IMG/VR virus record: IMGVR_UViG_3300022890_000011
Coordinates: 102,602-166,601 of that record
From: a virus
Strand: one strand, 5' to 3'
Length of the DNA: 64,000 nt
Shown here: piece after piece, positions 18,927 through 29,290 of the stretch
Position numbering within the stretch: position 1 is the first letter of the stretch
Layout of the letters: each line of letters opens with the position of its first letter
The notes under the pieces: generated by a model
Database searches by the model: none
The model's input: the letters and a program-made list of their open reading frames with translations, nothing else
What the model was told of the DNA's origin: nothing
Made by a program: the position numbers and the translations under genes

Positions 18927-19878
18927 ATGAAAAAATTAGTAAGTATTATGATAGTACTATTTTTTAGTATTATTTGTGTTTATAGGCAATGCACAAAAAA
19001 ATTATTGTCAAGACCAAATTAAAGATATTGATTATACTTTAGATGAAAAAGGATATCCAGTGTTTAGTTATATAATATATGATGTGGATACATCTTTTAT
19101 AAATTTATTACAATTGAATTCATATAAAACATATAAAATTGATGGTAGTTATAGAATTTATTGTAATATTTCTTATAATTTTGAAGACAAAACTTACAAA
19201 GACTTTCAGGGAATAGAACATTACAATAATCTCATCATTAAATTTACTGTTTCTGATTATATTATTAAATTTTATAAAAAAGATAAAAAAGATATAAGAG
19301 AATTCTATCCTTTAATTGAAAAAGAAAAAAGAATCCAAGCATATAGATTTAATAAAATGAAAAAGGTATTAGATATAAAGTTTGAAATTTTAAAACAACA
19401 AATTATACAACGTCATTTCAACCCCAAAATTGTAAAACCAAATTTGACAAATAATTTAACATTCATACAGGGTTTGAATACATTTGTGATAGATAGTACA
19501 AAGACAATTGACACAATATCAATACCGTTGAGAAATGTTATATTTGCCTTTAATGATAAAATATCAAAATTAGAATCCAAAAATATTCAAGCTGGTAATG
19601 ATTTAATTAATTTTCATGAACAATATTCCTCAGGAATAAGATTAATTGGTCTTGGAATTGTATCAAATATAATTGGAGTAGGAGTTTTATCTGGTGTTTT
19701 ATCAGATGAACCATATATTGAATTAGGTTGTGGTCTTATGGTTGGTGGTAGTATTTTAACTATTGCTGGAGGTGTAATAATGATTGATGCTCATAAACAC
19801 ATTAAAATGGCTGGGAGAGATTTAAAAATGCAAGTTTCACCAAATAAAGTAAGTATTAAAATGAAATTATACCGTTAA
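18927..19878 (+). CDS. Secreted/membrane protein; leader (ATG 18927) separated from the body by a +1 frameshift in a T run
   Basis: MKKLVSIMIVL leader; Gly-rich TM hairpin near the C-terminus. Confidence 0.6.
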
Positions 19879-19890
19879 AAAAGAAAAATT

Positions 19891-20220
19891 ATGAAAAAAT
19901 TATTGATTGTTTTAATTATGATAGGGTTTTTATCATGTGAAAAATCTAACAAAATTCAAACAAAATTTATTTATGGAAAATGGATAAGCCAAAGTGAATG
20001 TGGAACAATATATCTTACTAAAGATAATTGTAAAATTAAAAATGGTTTTTTAATTTTTGAAGATTTAAAAGTTAGAATAATTAATGTAAATGAAAATACA
20101 TTGGCATTGGATTATGAATGTTTAATTTGGAAGAAACCTAAAGTTTTAACTCCATGTTTGATAAGTTTAGGATATATTTTAGACGATAATGGGAATATTA
20201 TACAAGATACTATAAATTAA
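19891..20220 (+). CDS. Lipoprotein
   Basis: MKKLL...FLSC lipobox; GKW lipocalin-like motif. Confidence 0.7.
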   Translation: MKKLLIVLIMIGFLSCEKSNKIQTKFIYGKWISQSECGTIYLTKDNCKIKNGFLIFEDLKVRIINVNENTLALDYECLIWKKPKVLTPCLISLGYILDDNGNIIQDTIN

Positions 20221-20985
20221 AAAGCAAAATAAAAATTATGAAAAAATTATTGATATTGATATTAGGACTAATTATAAGTTTATTATTTACAAGTTGTAAA
20301 AAAGAAGAGTTAAAAAATTTGTCTAATAAACAAGTAATAATAGAAGAGTCAGGTGTTATAAATGAATGGTGTGATATAGTAAAGGTTATACCTGATTTTA
20401 ATTATGGTAATAGATTTACAGAAGAAATATATGATCATTATGGATTAGAATTGGAATCGAGTGGTATATTTAAATCAAGTTTGTTATATTATCCTAAAAC
20501 TGATGGTATTATTTCTTCCAGATATGACACAAATTATATTCATAATTTTGGTAGATTAATACGAGATTTTGATGATGATTTGAATTTTAATATATCAGAA
20601 AATAATTTCTATGATAATACATGCTTACCAGGTACATATAGTATTTCAGAAAATGGTATATTTAGAATTAAATTTAATTTACACTTAGAAAGACAAGTAT
20701 ATGGTCAAGATATAAAAATAATTATATTTAAAATAAATAAAGCTAGTATATTTTTTAACAAATCATCAATTTCATGGCATACACATCAAGGTATAACAGA
20801 ATATACTGAAGAAATATATAAAATGCCTACAAATCTTTTCATTTCTCAACCTTTAGAATTAACTAGTAATGATATTGATTGTATACCAGGTGATATGATA
20901 GGTATAAAAATAACACCATTAGGTAATGCTAATGTTTTTTTAAATTATATTATAATTCAAAAAGCAAAATAAAAATTATGAAAAA
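20219..20985 (+). repeat. 27-bp direct repeat 20219-20245 / 20959-20985
   Basis: aaaaagcaaaataaaaattatgaaaaa, identical in both copies. Confidence 0.75.
20238..20972 (+). CDS. Lipoprotein
   Basis: MKKLL...FTSCKKEE. Confidence 0.7.
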   Translation: MKKLLILILGLIISLLFTSCKKEELKNLSNKQVIIEESGVINEWCDIVKVIPDFNYGNRFTEEIYDHYGLELESSGIFKSSLLYYPKTDGIISSRYDTNYIHNFGRLIRDFDDDLNFNISENNFYDNTCLPGTYSISENGIFRIKFNLHLERQVYGQDIKIIIFKINKASIFFNKSSISWHTHQGITEYTEEIYKMPTNLFISQPLELTSNDIDCIPGDMIGIKITPLGNANVFLNYIIIQKAK

Positions 20986-21619
20986 GTTATTATTAATATT
21001 AAGTTTAATTATGTGTATAACATTTAGTTATTCACAGAAAACAACAGACACATTATATATAGATGAAATATATGAAGATGCATCTAAAAGTTTATTTTCT
21101 ACAAAAATATTAGAATTTGATTCTATTTCCAAGCAAGATTTAATGAATAGATTTGAAGCTTGGGGTGGTCAAAATTTTAGGAATTATAGTGAGGTTAAAA
21201 CAAGTAAAACAGAAAACCAAATAACTCTAATGTATATTGGTGGTCATTTTAATGTTTATAGTGGTATGTATATAAAATTAGTTTCTGAATTTAAAGATAA
21301 TAAAATTAGGTTATCTTTTTATGATGATGGTAATACATATTATTATTATCCAGCATCTAAATACCAACCAGGGTATAAAGTAGAATCTCATAAATATAAA
21401 ATTAAACATTATTTTAATGGATTTGGTTCAGCTAATCCATATTTATCATATGGTAATAAAATTGTATATAAAACTAAAGATGGTTATATTACAAAGTTGT
21501 TTAGTAGGAGAGTTGTACTATATGCTCTTCAATATAAAAAAGATATTAAAAATACTATAATTTCAATTGATAAATTCCTTAAAATTCAAACAGACGCTAA
21601 TACTGATTCTGATTGGTAA
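20978..21619 (+). CDS. Secreted protein, DUF4468-like
   Basis: Signal peptide ending SYSQ; SK..L...F..W, FKDNKIR, terminal DW. Confidence 0.55.
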   Translation: MKKLLLILSLIMCITFSYSQKTTDTLYIDEIYEDASKSLFSTKILEFDSISKQDLMNRFEAWGGQNFRNYSEVKTSKTENQITLMYIGGHFNVYSGMYIKLVSEFKDNKIRLSFYDDGNTYYYYPASKYQPGYKVESHKYKIKHYFNGFGSANPYLSYGNKIVYKTKDGYITKLFSRRVVLYALQYKKDIKNTIISIDKFLKIQTDANTDSDW

Positions 21620-21634
21620 TCTTATATTAAAATT

Positions 21635-22054
21635 ATGAAAAAGTTATTATTAATGCTTATTATTTTTACAATTGGAATTACAAGTTGTAAAAAAATAGAA
21701 ATGGAAAATCAAATTGATGGTATATGGAAAAGCACACCCACCATATACAAATATGATGATAATTATGATGAGTATTATGATTTTTATGAATTTGATGGAG
21801 ATAAAGTAATTTATAAACATATCTCAATACGTGTAGATTCTGATGGTGAAAATGTATGTGAAGATGGTTATGAAGGAACTTTTAAATTAAAGAAAAGATA
21901 TTTAATAATTGAATTGCCTAACGATGCATTTAATATTCCGATAATTAAATTTGAAGACATTATTAGTATAAAATATGAATTAACTGATACAAAATTGATT
22001 TTATATTTTCAAAGTTACGATACTGAATATTCTGCAATATATTTTAAGCAATAA
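21635..22054 (+). CDS. Lipoprotein (lipocalin-like)
   Basis: MKKLL...ITSCKK, I.G.W. Confidence 0.7.
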   Translation: MKKLLLMLIIFTIGITSCKKIEMENQIDGIWKSTPTIYKYDDNYDEYYDFYEFDGDKVIYKHISIRVDSDGENVCEDGYEGTFKLKKRYLIIELPNDAFNIPIIKFEDIISIKYELTDTKLILYFQSYDTEYSAIYFKQ

Positions 22055-22137
22055 TTGTTTTTTATAAAAAAATTTTCTTATATTCTCACAATATTAAAAT
22101 TAAAAATAAAAAAAAAGAAAAATTAAGTAATAAAATT

Positions 22138-22368
22138 ATGAAAAGATTTATGGGTATGATGCCTTCAAGTGAAGTAAAAAAAGAAAAACAATTTAAAGTT
22201 GGTGTAGGACAACTTATAGTAACTGTTCAATCAGGAGAAAATGGATGGACTATATTATATGCTGATAGTTCATCTGAATATAAAGATGTTGTTGATACAA
22301 TTGAAAACAATTTTAATGAAGCATTAGATGTATTAACAACACATTTTTCAAATATAAATGAAATTTAA
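22138..22368 (+). CDS. Hypothetical protein
   Basis: ORF. Confidence 0.6.
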   Translation: MKRFMGMMPSSEVKKEKQFKVGVGQLIVTVQSGENGWTILYADSSSEYKDVVDTIENNFNEALDVLTTHFSNINEI

Positions 22369-22371
22369 AAA

Positions 22372-22590
22372 ATGGAACAACCAAAATTCATACACGATTG
22401 CGATAATTGTATTTTCTTAGGAATATATGAAGAATATGATTTATATTATTGTGATAATGAACCTACTATAATTGCAAGATATGGTGATAATGGACCAGAT
22501 TATATGAGTGGGATGATATTTGCACAGCCAGATAAAAGTGAACCATTATATAAAGCAAAACAATTAGCCATTGAAAAAGGGTTATTATAA
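22372..22590 (+). CDS. Small Cys-containing phage protein (HDCDNCIFLG..YDLYYC)
   Basis: ORF with motif; ends KGLL. Confidence 0.65.
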   Translation: MEQPKFIHDCDNCIFLGIYEEYDLYYCDNEPTIIARYGDNGPDYMSGMIFAQPDKSEPLYKAKQLAIEKGLL

Positions 22591-22619
22591 ATTGTTTTAA
22601 ATTTCCTTATATTAAATGA

Positions 22620-22955
22620 ATGGAAGAATATAGATTTAAAATATTTGATTGTGAATATGGCATTAAATTGTACGATTGTATGAAATTTGATGTATCATAT
22701 TTAAAATCAAATGGAAGAAATGAAATGTCATCTAAAGAGGTGTGGGTTGATTGGATTACTGCTATAACATCAACATGGCCTAAACACCAACTTGTTATAT
22801 ATGCAAGAGGTGAGTCTTTTGATGTTTATGGTTATGATACTGTAGAAGTATTTGAGAGAGATTATGATACAAGTAAAAATTATCTAAATTTTAAAATTAG
22901 TAGTAGAAAAGATTTTAATATGATAATAGAATCAAAAAAATTAAACTTATTATAA
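22620..22955 (+). CDS. Hypothetical protein with ESKKLNLL tail
   Basis: ORF; shared C-terminal tag. Confidence 0.65.
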   Translation: MEEYRFKIFDCEYGIKLYDCMKFDVSYLKSNGRNEMSSKEVWVDWITAITSTWPKHQLVIYARGESFDVYGYDTVEVFERDYDTSKNYLNFKISSRKDFNMIIESKKLNLL

Positions 22956-22978
22956 ATAAATTAAAAAAAAGAAAAAAC

Positions 22979-23350
22979 ATGGAAGCAATTACAATAACAT
23001 CATCACCAAAAACACCTGAAATTAATTTTAAAGAAGGTCTAATAGAAATAAGTGGTAGATCAATACCAGAAAATTCAATTGAGTTTTATAAACCAATGAT
23101 AGAGTGGTTAAAAGAATATGTAAATGAACCTATTAAAACTGAAGTTAATATAAAATTAGAATATTTTAATACAAGTTCATCAAAGTGTCTTTTAGATGTA
23201 TTTAAAAAATTAGAAGATATTAATAAAAAAACCGAAGTAATTATTAACTGGTGTTATGAAGAAGATGATGAAGATATGCTTGAAGCAGGAGAAGATTATG
23301 AATCAATAATTAAAATACCATTTAATATGGTGGAAGTTGAGGAAATTTAA
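22979..23350 (+). CDS. SiaC family (DUF1987) protein
   Basis: TP.I.F..G.I.ISGRSIPEN...FY.P...W; YFNTSSSK; W.YEEDDEDM.EAGEDY. Confidence 0.85.
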   Translation: MEAITITSSPKTPEINFKEGLIEISGRSIPENSIEFYKPMIEWLKEYVNEPIKTEVNIKLEYFNTSSSKCLLDVFKKLEDINKKTEVIINWCYEEDDEDMLEAGEDYESIIKIPFNMVEVEEI

Positions 23351-23370
23351 GAGGTTTCAAAATATTTCAT

Positions 23371-24723
23371 TTATTTTTAGCATAAAACACACAAGTCTTT
23401 AAATTGTATGATATAAGCGTTTTCAAAATGGCAAAAAGCCATTATATTTTATTTATATATATTATTATAAATAAAGTTGTATAAAATGAAAAAATGTTAT
23501 TCTATAAGATTATTTCCTACAAATAAACAGATAAATCAATTAACTGAATTGTCTGTTATAAGAAAAGATATATGGAATAAACTTTTAGAAATTGAACAAA
23601 ACGAATACAAAACCAATAAATTAATTCTAAATAAATTTGACCTAAATAATTTGTTACCTAAATTAAAAGAAAAATACCCAGAATGGAAAAAATTAAACTC
23701 AAAAGCAATACAAACAATTGCAACTGAATTATATGGCTCTTATAGATCATTTTTTAATTTAATAAAAAAAGATAAAAATGCAAGACCACCAAGAGAAATA
23801 TCAATTGAAGATTATCATACAATTGCCTGGAATCAATCTGGTTGGATGATTAAAGAAAATAATAAAATTATAATCAATAAAATACCATTCAATTATAAAT
23901 CAAAAATAGATATAAAAGAATTAAATATAAAAGAAATAAGAGTTAAATATGTTAGAAATAAATGGTTGTGTGATTTAATTGTCGAAGAACCAATAAAATA
24001 TGAAGACAAATTAAATATAAAAACAAGAGTTTTAGCAGTTGATTTAGGTTTAATTAAATTGGGAACAGGTGTTAGTAATGATGGTGAAGTCGTTGTTTTA
24101 AAAAATAAATCAAAGAAAATAAATGATTACTATCAAAAACAAATAGCAAAAATACAAAACAAGAGAAGTAAAACGAAAAAAGAATCAAATAGGAATAAAA
24201 AGTTAAGAAAAGTGTTAAATAAATGTTATCACAAAAAGAATCAACAAATAAAACAAACTCTACATATTCAGAGTAAAAAGTTATCGAATATGAATTACAA
24301 TACAATTGTAATTGGTGATCTGACAGTTAAAAAATTAATGTCTAAAGAAGGCGTAAATAAAAAGAAGAAGGGAATTAGAAAATCATTTCATAAGTCTAAT
24401 ATCACTATGTTTCTTCAATTTCTTGGATATAAATGTCAATCAAAAAATATCAATTTAACAAAAATTGATGAAAAATGGACAACACAATTAAATTGTTTAA
24501 CTGGAAAATTATTCAAGGAAAAAATAAAACTTGGAGACAGAAAAGTTAAACTATCAGACACTATAATAATAGACCGTGATTTAAATTCAGCCATAAATAT
24601 AATGAAAAGATGGTTTGGAAATCATATTGCTTCTATGAACGAGCCACTTGATTTTTCAAGTGTTATTAAAAAGAATAATCTTTTTAATGAAACATATTAG
24701 TCTTTAGCTAATGTGTAGTTCAT
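23371..24723 (+). mobile_element. Non-autonomous IS200/IS605-family (tnpB-only) element A
   Basis: Left end taaaacacacaagtcttt... and right end acatattag-tctttag-ctaatgtgt-agttcat shared with element B. Confidence 0.8.
23486..24700 (+). CDS. tnpB: TnpB-like RNA-guided nuclease with atypical RuvC-II and no intact Zn finger
   Basis: RL.PT..Q HTH, AVDLG, VIGDL, DRDLNSAINI. Confidence 0.85.
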   Translation: MKKCYSIRLFPTNKQINQLTELSVIRKDIWNKLLEIEQNEYKTNKLILNKFDLNNLLPKLKEKYPEWKKLNSKAIQTIATELYGSYRSFFNLIKKDKNARPPREISIEDYHTIAWNQSGWMIKENNKIIINKIPFNYKSKIDIKELNIKEIRVKYVRNKWLCDLIVEEPIKYEDKLNIKTRVLAVDLGLIKLGTGVSNDGEVVVLKNKSKKINDYYQKQIAKIQNKRSKTKKESNRNKKLRKVLNKCYHKKNQQIKQTLHIQSKKLSNMNYNTIVIGDLTVKKLMSKEGVNKKKKGIRKSFHKSNITMFLQFLGYKCQSKNINLTKIDEKWTTQLNCLTGKLFKEKIKLGDRKVKLSDTIIIDRDLNSAINIMKRWFGNHIASMNEPLDFSSVIKKNNLFNETY

Positions 24724-24750
24724 CACAATTTAATAGTATAAGATTGATTA

Positions 24751-24936
24751 ATGTACACAGAATTAGTATTAAAAATAGAACTCATAAAATATATAGTGAA
24801 TAGAGAATATGATATTGAGAATGAATATCATAGGAGTTCACTTATATTAACATTAATAGATGATGTGTTACGGGGATTTATAAAAAATGTAGAAGATATA
24901 GAAGTTTCAATTGATGAATGTAAAGATGGATATTAA
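24751..24936 (+). CDS. Hypothetical protein
   Basis: ORF. Confidence 0.45.
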   Translation: MYTELVLKIELIKYIVNREYDIENEYHRSSLILTLIDDVLRGFIKNVEDIEVSIDECKDGY

Positions 24937-25273
24937 AGAATTAGAAAAATTAATTAGACATGAAATAAGTTGGCTACGGTATTATGCTCTTCGTGAAACT
25001 AGATATGCTTTAACAGAAGATTCTAATATTTATGAAGATTTGATTTCTATTGGATATACAAAAAGAGTGATTCCACTTGATAAAAGATGTTCAGCAGCTA
25101 CATTAACATCAGATAATAAAATTGAACATGGTATTGATTTAAGTGAATTAAGATATGATTATTCTTTGCGTGATGTAGAGAATAATAAATATACTCCTTT
25201 GGAAGTGTATTTAATTTTATTTCCAGAAAAGAAAAATTCTATAATAGAAGAAATTAAAAAGAGTAATAAATAG
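24911..25273 (+). CDS. Hypothetical protein
   Basis: ORF. Confidence 0.6.
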   Translation: MMNVKMDIKELEKLIRHEISWLRYYALRETRYALTEDSNIYEDLISIGYTKRVIPLDKRCSAATLTSDNKIEHGIDLSELRYDYSLRDVENNKYTPLEVYLILFPEKKNSIIEEIKKSNK

Positions 25274-25297
25274 TATAAACAATTAAAATTAGTAAAT

Positions 25298-25474
25298 ATG
25301 TCAAATGAAAGCAAAAATTTAAACAAAAAAAGAAGAATTAATAAAAAAATGGTTAAAAATATGGAAAAAGCTTTAACCAATTTTGGAATTAAAAAAGATG
25401 AAACTGAAGATGAATCAAGAATAAGAAAAGCAAAAATTTCAAAACAATTAAAAGATACTAAAAGAAGGATTTAA
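25298..25474 (+). CDS. Small basic protein (58 aa, not in track) with IRKAKISK motif
   Basis: ATG 25298 to TAA 25474. Confidence 0.5.
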   Translation: MSNESKNLNKKRRINKKMVKNMEKALTNFGIKKDETEDESRIRKAKISKQLKDTKRRI

Positions 25475-25505
25475 AAATATGAAATTAACTTAAAAATAAA
25501 AAATT

Positions 25506-26165
25506 ATGAATAGAGATTTTAAAAAATTTGCAAATAGTAAAGGTATTAATAGTATGGTTTTACATGATTTTCAAAGCACATATAATGGATATATTAATCC
25601 AACTATTATGGAAGAAAGACAATTAAATATTACTCAAATGGATGTATTTTCCAGATTGATGATGGATCGGATCATTTTTCTTGGAACTGCAATTGACGAC
25701 ACCGTTTCTAATATTATAGTTGCTCAGATGTTATATTTAAGTAGTGGTGAAGATGGTGATATTAAATTGTATTTAAATACACCAGGTGGTGGAGTTTACT
25801 CTGGATTAGCAATTAAAGATACTATGGATATTATTGGTTGTGATGTAGAAACTGTTGTTTCTGGTATGGCTGCATCTATGGGATTTATTTTAGCTGTTAG
25901 TGGTGCAGAAGGTAAAAGAAGTGCTTTAAAACATTCAAGATTGATGCAACATCAACCATTGGGTGGTGCTCAAGGTCAAGCATCTGATATTGCTATTGTT
26001 GCTAAACAGATTGATTTGTTAAAAAATGAATTGTATCAAATTATTTCAGAAAGAACTGGACAATCAATGGAAAAAATTATAAAAGATGCTGATAGAGATC
26101 ATTGGATGACTTCAATAGAGGCTAAAGAATATGGTGCAATTGATAATGTAATTGGAATGAAATAA
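25506..26165 (+). CDS. clpP: ATP-dependent Clp protease proteolytic subunit
   Basis: DVFSRLMMDRIIFLG, TPGG, AASMG, HQPLGG, DRD; Bacteroidota-like N-terminus. Confidence 0.97.
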   Translation: MNRDFKKFANSKGINSMVLHDFQSTYNGYINPTIMEERQLNITQMDVFSRLMMDRIIFLGTAIDDTVSNIIVAQMLYLSSGEDGDIKLYLNTPGGGVYSGLAIKDTMDIIGCDVETVVSGMAASMGFILAVSGAEGKRSALKHSRLMQHQPLGGAQGQASDIAIVAKQIDLLKNELYQIISERTGQSMEKIIKDADRDHWMTSIEAKEYGAIDNVIGMK

Positions 26166-26467
26166 TGAATACTAAAGAATTTGTAGAGGATAGTTTGATT
26201 GGTAGAGAATTTTTCTACAGAACAAAATATGGTGGTATAGTAATTGGTGAAGTTGGTGAAGTTAAAACATCATTAATTAATACTTCAGAAGAATTTGAAG
26301 TTAGGGTTTTGGGACCTGAGAATAGACCAGATATTCAAAAAGAATTTAAAGTACCTATTGGTCGAATATATTCAAAATTTGTTATTAAGATTGTTAGTAC
26401 AAATGGCGTAGAATATAATTATGAAGATTTATACTTTTACAATAGTAAAGGTGATAATTTTTTATAA
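26165..26467 (+). CDS. Hypothetical protein
   Basis: ORF. Confidence 0.6.
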   Translation: MNTKEFVEDSLIGREFFYRTKYGGIVIGEVGEVKTSLINTSEEFEVRVLGPENRPDIQKEFKVPIGRIYSKFVIKIVSTNGVEYNYEDLYFYNSKGDNFL

Positions 26468-26484
26468 AAAATGGGAAGAAAAAA

Positions 26485-26829
26485 ATGAGTGAAATTATAA
26501 CAATACCAATACTTTATGATCCGGTTTTACAAAATCTTTCCAGATTTTCTGTTGAATTAGATTTAGATTATTTATATTTATTTACAGATAATTTAAATAG
26601 ATCTAGTGGACATAATTATATTGATGAATATAATGAATATTGTATAATATGGGCAAAAGGTCGACAAATATATTATCCTAATTCATCACAAGCAGTTATT
26701 GAAGGAATAAAATATGTTGATAATGTATTTGGTATTGGTACATATTCTAAAATGAATGTATCTGCTCCAAAATGCTTTGAGTATTTACATTTAAAATTAA
26801 AAGAAATCAATATTGAACAATTAAGATAA
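26485..26829 (+). CDS. Hypothetical protein
   Basis: ORF. Confidence 0.6.
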   Translation: MSEIITIPILYDPVLQNLSRFSVELDLDYLYLFTDNLNRSSGHNYIDEYNEYCIIWAKGRQIYYPNSSQAVIEGIKYVDNVFGIGTYSKMNVSAPKCFEYLHLKLKEINIEQLR

Positions 26830-26940
26830 AATGATGTATTAATAGATATAAGAAATCCTTCAATATTTTTTTATTGTTGGATTTTTTGTATATTGTAAAA
26901 ATAAAAAATTGAAAAGAAAGAAAGCCCTAACTTACAAATT

Positions 26941-29265
26941 ATGATTAGAACAATTCCACACACAAAAAATCCAAAGGTTAAGAATATAAAGGATTTAATA
27001 TATTCTAGAAATAATTTTAATGAATTTAGATTAGATTTAGAGGGTAGAACTTATGACCTTATTGATACAGTTAATGGTAAATCAGGAACACCAAAAAAAT
27101 TGATAGTAGATATTATTCATGTTGAAGTTGTTACTAAAACTGTTGGTGAAGATGAATATTGTGCAAATTCTATAAAAAATAAAACTGTTATAGTTGATAA
27201 TCTTTTATCTCTTTATCAAGATGGTTATGGTGATATTTCATTATCAAGAAAAAATCTTATTAGACTTGAAAATAATATTGAACAAGAAACTGGTTTAAAG
27301 AAAGTTTTAGTTCAATCATGTAAAGGTGCATTTTATTTAACTGATAAAGAAGAATTAAGTTATATAGATGCTAAAAAACAAGACATTCAAAGAGAACTTT
27401 ATACACAAGAAAAACAAAAGAAACTTGACAAATTAATTATAAGTTTGGAAGAGAATGAAGTTACATATAATGTTGAAGATTGGTATATAGGTGATAGTGT
27501 ACAAGTTCAAAATGAATTTTCTGTGGATGAATCAATTTTCAAAGAAGGTTTGATTGGTAAAATTGTACATAAAAAAACTGGTGAAATTGGTATAGAATGG
27601 AATTATAGTAGATATTCATTTAATGGTAGTACTAGTCATGATTGTAATGGTAATGGTAATAGTGGTTATTGTTGGTATATTCCAATTGATGAGATTAAAA
27701 ATCTTATTATAGAACATGATTATGATTATATTATTAGTGTAGTTGAAGAAAAAGTTAACTCATTAGAATTGAGGAAACAGATGTTACTTTCAATTGATAA
27801 TAATATTGAATCAATTAAAATATTCAATAATTATTCTTATCTTAATAATACTAATGAATATAAATTAATGTCTTTGGTTGAATTAGAAGATGAAAATGTA
27901 AGATTAAGTGATATATTAAAGACTTGTGAATATAAAAATGGAGATAGTGGAAGATTTGATAGATTGAAATCAACCCTTTCTAATATCAGTAAGAAATATA
28001 AATTAAATGTGTCTTTTAAAAACTTCAAAATATTAGATTATTCTGAGCTTTCTGAATATATGTTGAAATTAAGTTCTCAAGTAAGTGATTATGAATCTTC
28101 TATTAGAATTGAAAGTGATTTAGATGAATTAGAAGCAGAATTAACCAAATTAGACAAGAATTTTAATAAAAGAATGTATACTCATCTATTCTTTTCATTT
28201 AATGATAATCTTAGTTATAAGGAAACAGTTAAAACCAGAATTACCGAAATTAAAGATAATATTGAATTAGTTGGTAATATTAAGAAATTAGAAGAATATT
28301 TGGGTGATTATGTTGATTATAATAACTATGATCCTAAGATTGGCGATAGAGCTGAGATTAAAAAAGATTTAATTGTTGATAGAATATCATTCAAAAAATC
28401 ACAAGGTGGTAAAATAGTTACATCAAAAGATGATAATTTAGGTATTGAATTTGATGAAAGAATAAATTATAAAGGTAAAAAAGGACACAATTGCCAACAC
28501 AACTGCAAAGATGGCTACGGTTGGTTTATTTACAAAAACCTAGTAGATGTGTTTCCTACATTAAAATCCAAATATTCATACTTAGGAAAACTCAAGGTAT
28601 CTTTTGATGTAGAGCAAAAAATGAATAAAAAGATTGAAAAGATTAAAAATCTTTTAGGTCAAAGAGAATACGATTCCGCTATGTTAGTTATAGACAGACA
28701 TTTTAATTCAATTAACGTTGGTGATAGAGTAATTACTACTTTATCTGATAATGTAGATAATGCCTTATTTGAAATTGGAATGGAAGGAAAAGCTGTTTCT
28801 ATTATTAATAGTGATATTGGTGTAGAATGGGATCAACCTATGATTAATATTGGTGTTGAAGGTAATTCTTGTAGAAATAAATGTAAGCAAGGACATGGTT
28901 GGTTTATACCTGTAAGAATGTTAAAAAGAAAGATATCAATAGATGATAAGATTGAGTATTTAAAAACTAGATTAGATTCTGTTGGGTCTGCGAATCAAGA
29001 GATTGAAGAAATAAATCAGACTATTGACTATGATTTCAATGAAATAAAAGAACAATCGGATATGTTAGAACTTGGTATAAAGGTTAAAATCAAGAACTTA
29101 CCTCCATCATTACCAGATTCAGGTATTATTACTAGATGTAATATAGATAAGAGAACTTATGATATTCATTGTGATAAGATAAATTATAAAGATGTTCCAG
29201 AAAGGAATGTTGAAGAATATAATGGGTTTGATGCACATCGTGACACTACTTCCTATTTCAGGTAG
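26941..29265 (+). CDS. Large protein with three repeated SH3-like/Cys-containing domains separated by coiled coils
   Basis: Three copies of (I/V)GD.V...G.(I/A)V...(I/L)G.E(W/F)...C...C..G.(G/C)W(F/Y)I. Confidence 0.7.
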   Translation: MIRTIPHTKNPKVKNIKDLIYSRNNFNEFRLDLEGRTYDLIDTVNGKSGTPKKLIVDIIHVEVVTKTVGEDEYCANSIKNKTVIVDNLLSLYQDGYGDISLSRKNLIRLENNIEQETGLKKVLVQSCKGAFYLTDKEELSYIDAKKQDIQRELYTQEKQKKLDKLIISLEENEVTYNVEDWYIGDSVQVQNEFSVDESIFKEGLIGKIVHKKTGEIGIEWNYSRYSFNGSTSHDCNGNGNSGYCWYIPIDEIKNLIIEHDYDYIISVVEEKVNSLELRKQMLLSIDNNIESIKIFNNYSYLNNTNEYKLMSLVELEDENVRLSDILKTCEYKNGDSGRFDRLKSTLSNISKKYKLNVSFKNFKILDYSELSEYMLKLSSQVSDYESSIRIESDLDELEAELTKLDKNFNKRMYTHLFFSFNDNLSYKETVKTRITEIKDNIELVGNIKKLEEYLGDYVDYNNYDPKIGDRAEIKKDLIVDRISFKKSQGGKIVTSKDDNLGIEFDERINYKGKKGHNCQHNCKDGYGWFIYKNLVDVFPTLKSKYSYLGKLKVSFDVEQKMNKKIEKIKNLLGQREYDSAMLVIDRHFNSINVGDRVITTLSDNVDNALFEIGMEGKAVSIINSDIGVEWDQPMINIGVEGNSCRNKCKQGHGWFIPVRMLKRKISIDDKIEYLKTRLDSVGSANQEIEEINQTIDYDFNEIKEQSDMLELGIKVKIKNLPPSLPDSGIITRCNIDKRTYDIHCDKINYKDVPERNVEEYNGFDAHRDTTSYFR

Positions 29266-29290
29266 ACTAAGTAAACTAAAACTAAATAAT

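Noticed and set aside
24698-24718. TAG readthrough restoring a QSLANV TnpB C-terminus
   Set aside because: The CAG to TAG change is paired with a compensatory change in the right-end hairpin, so DNA structure explains it better.
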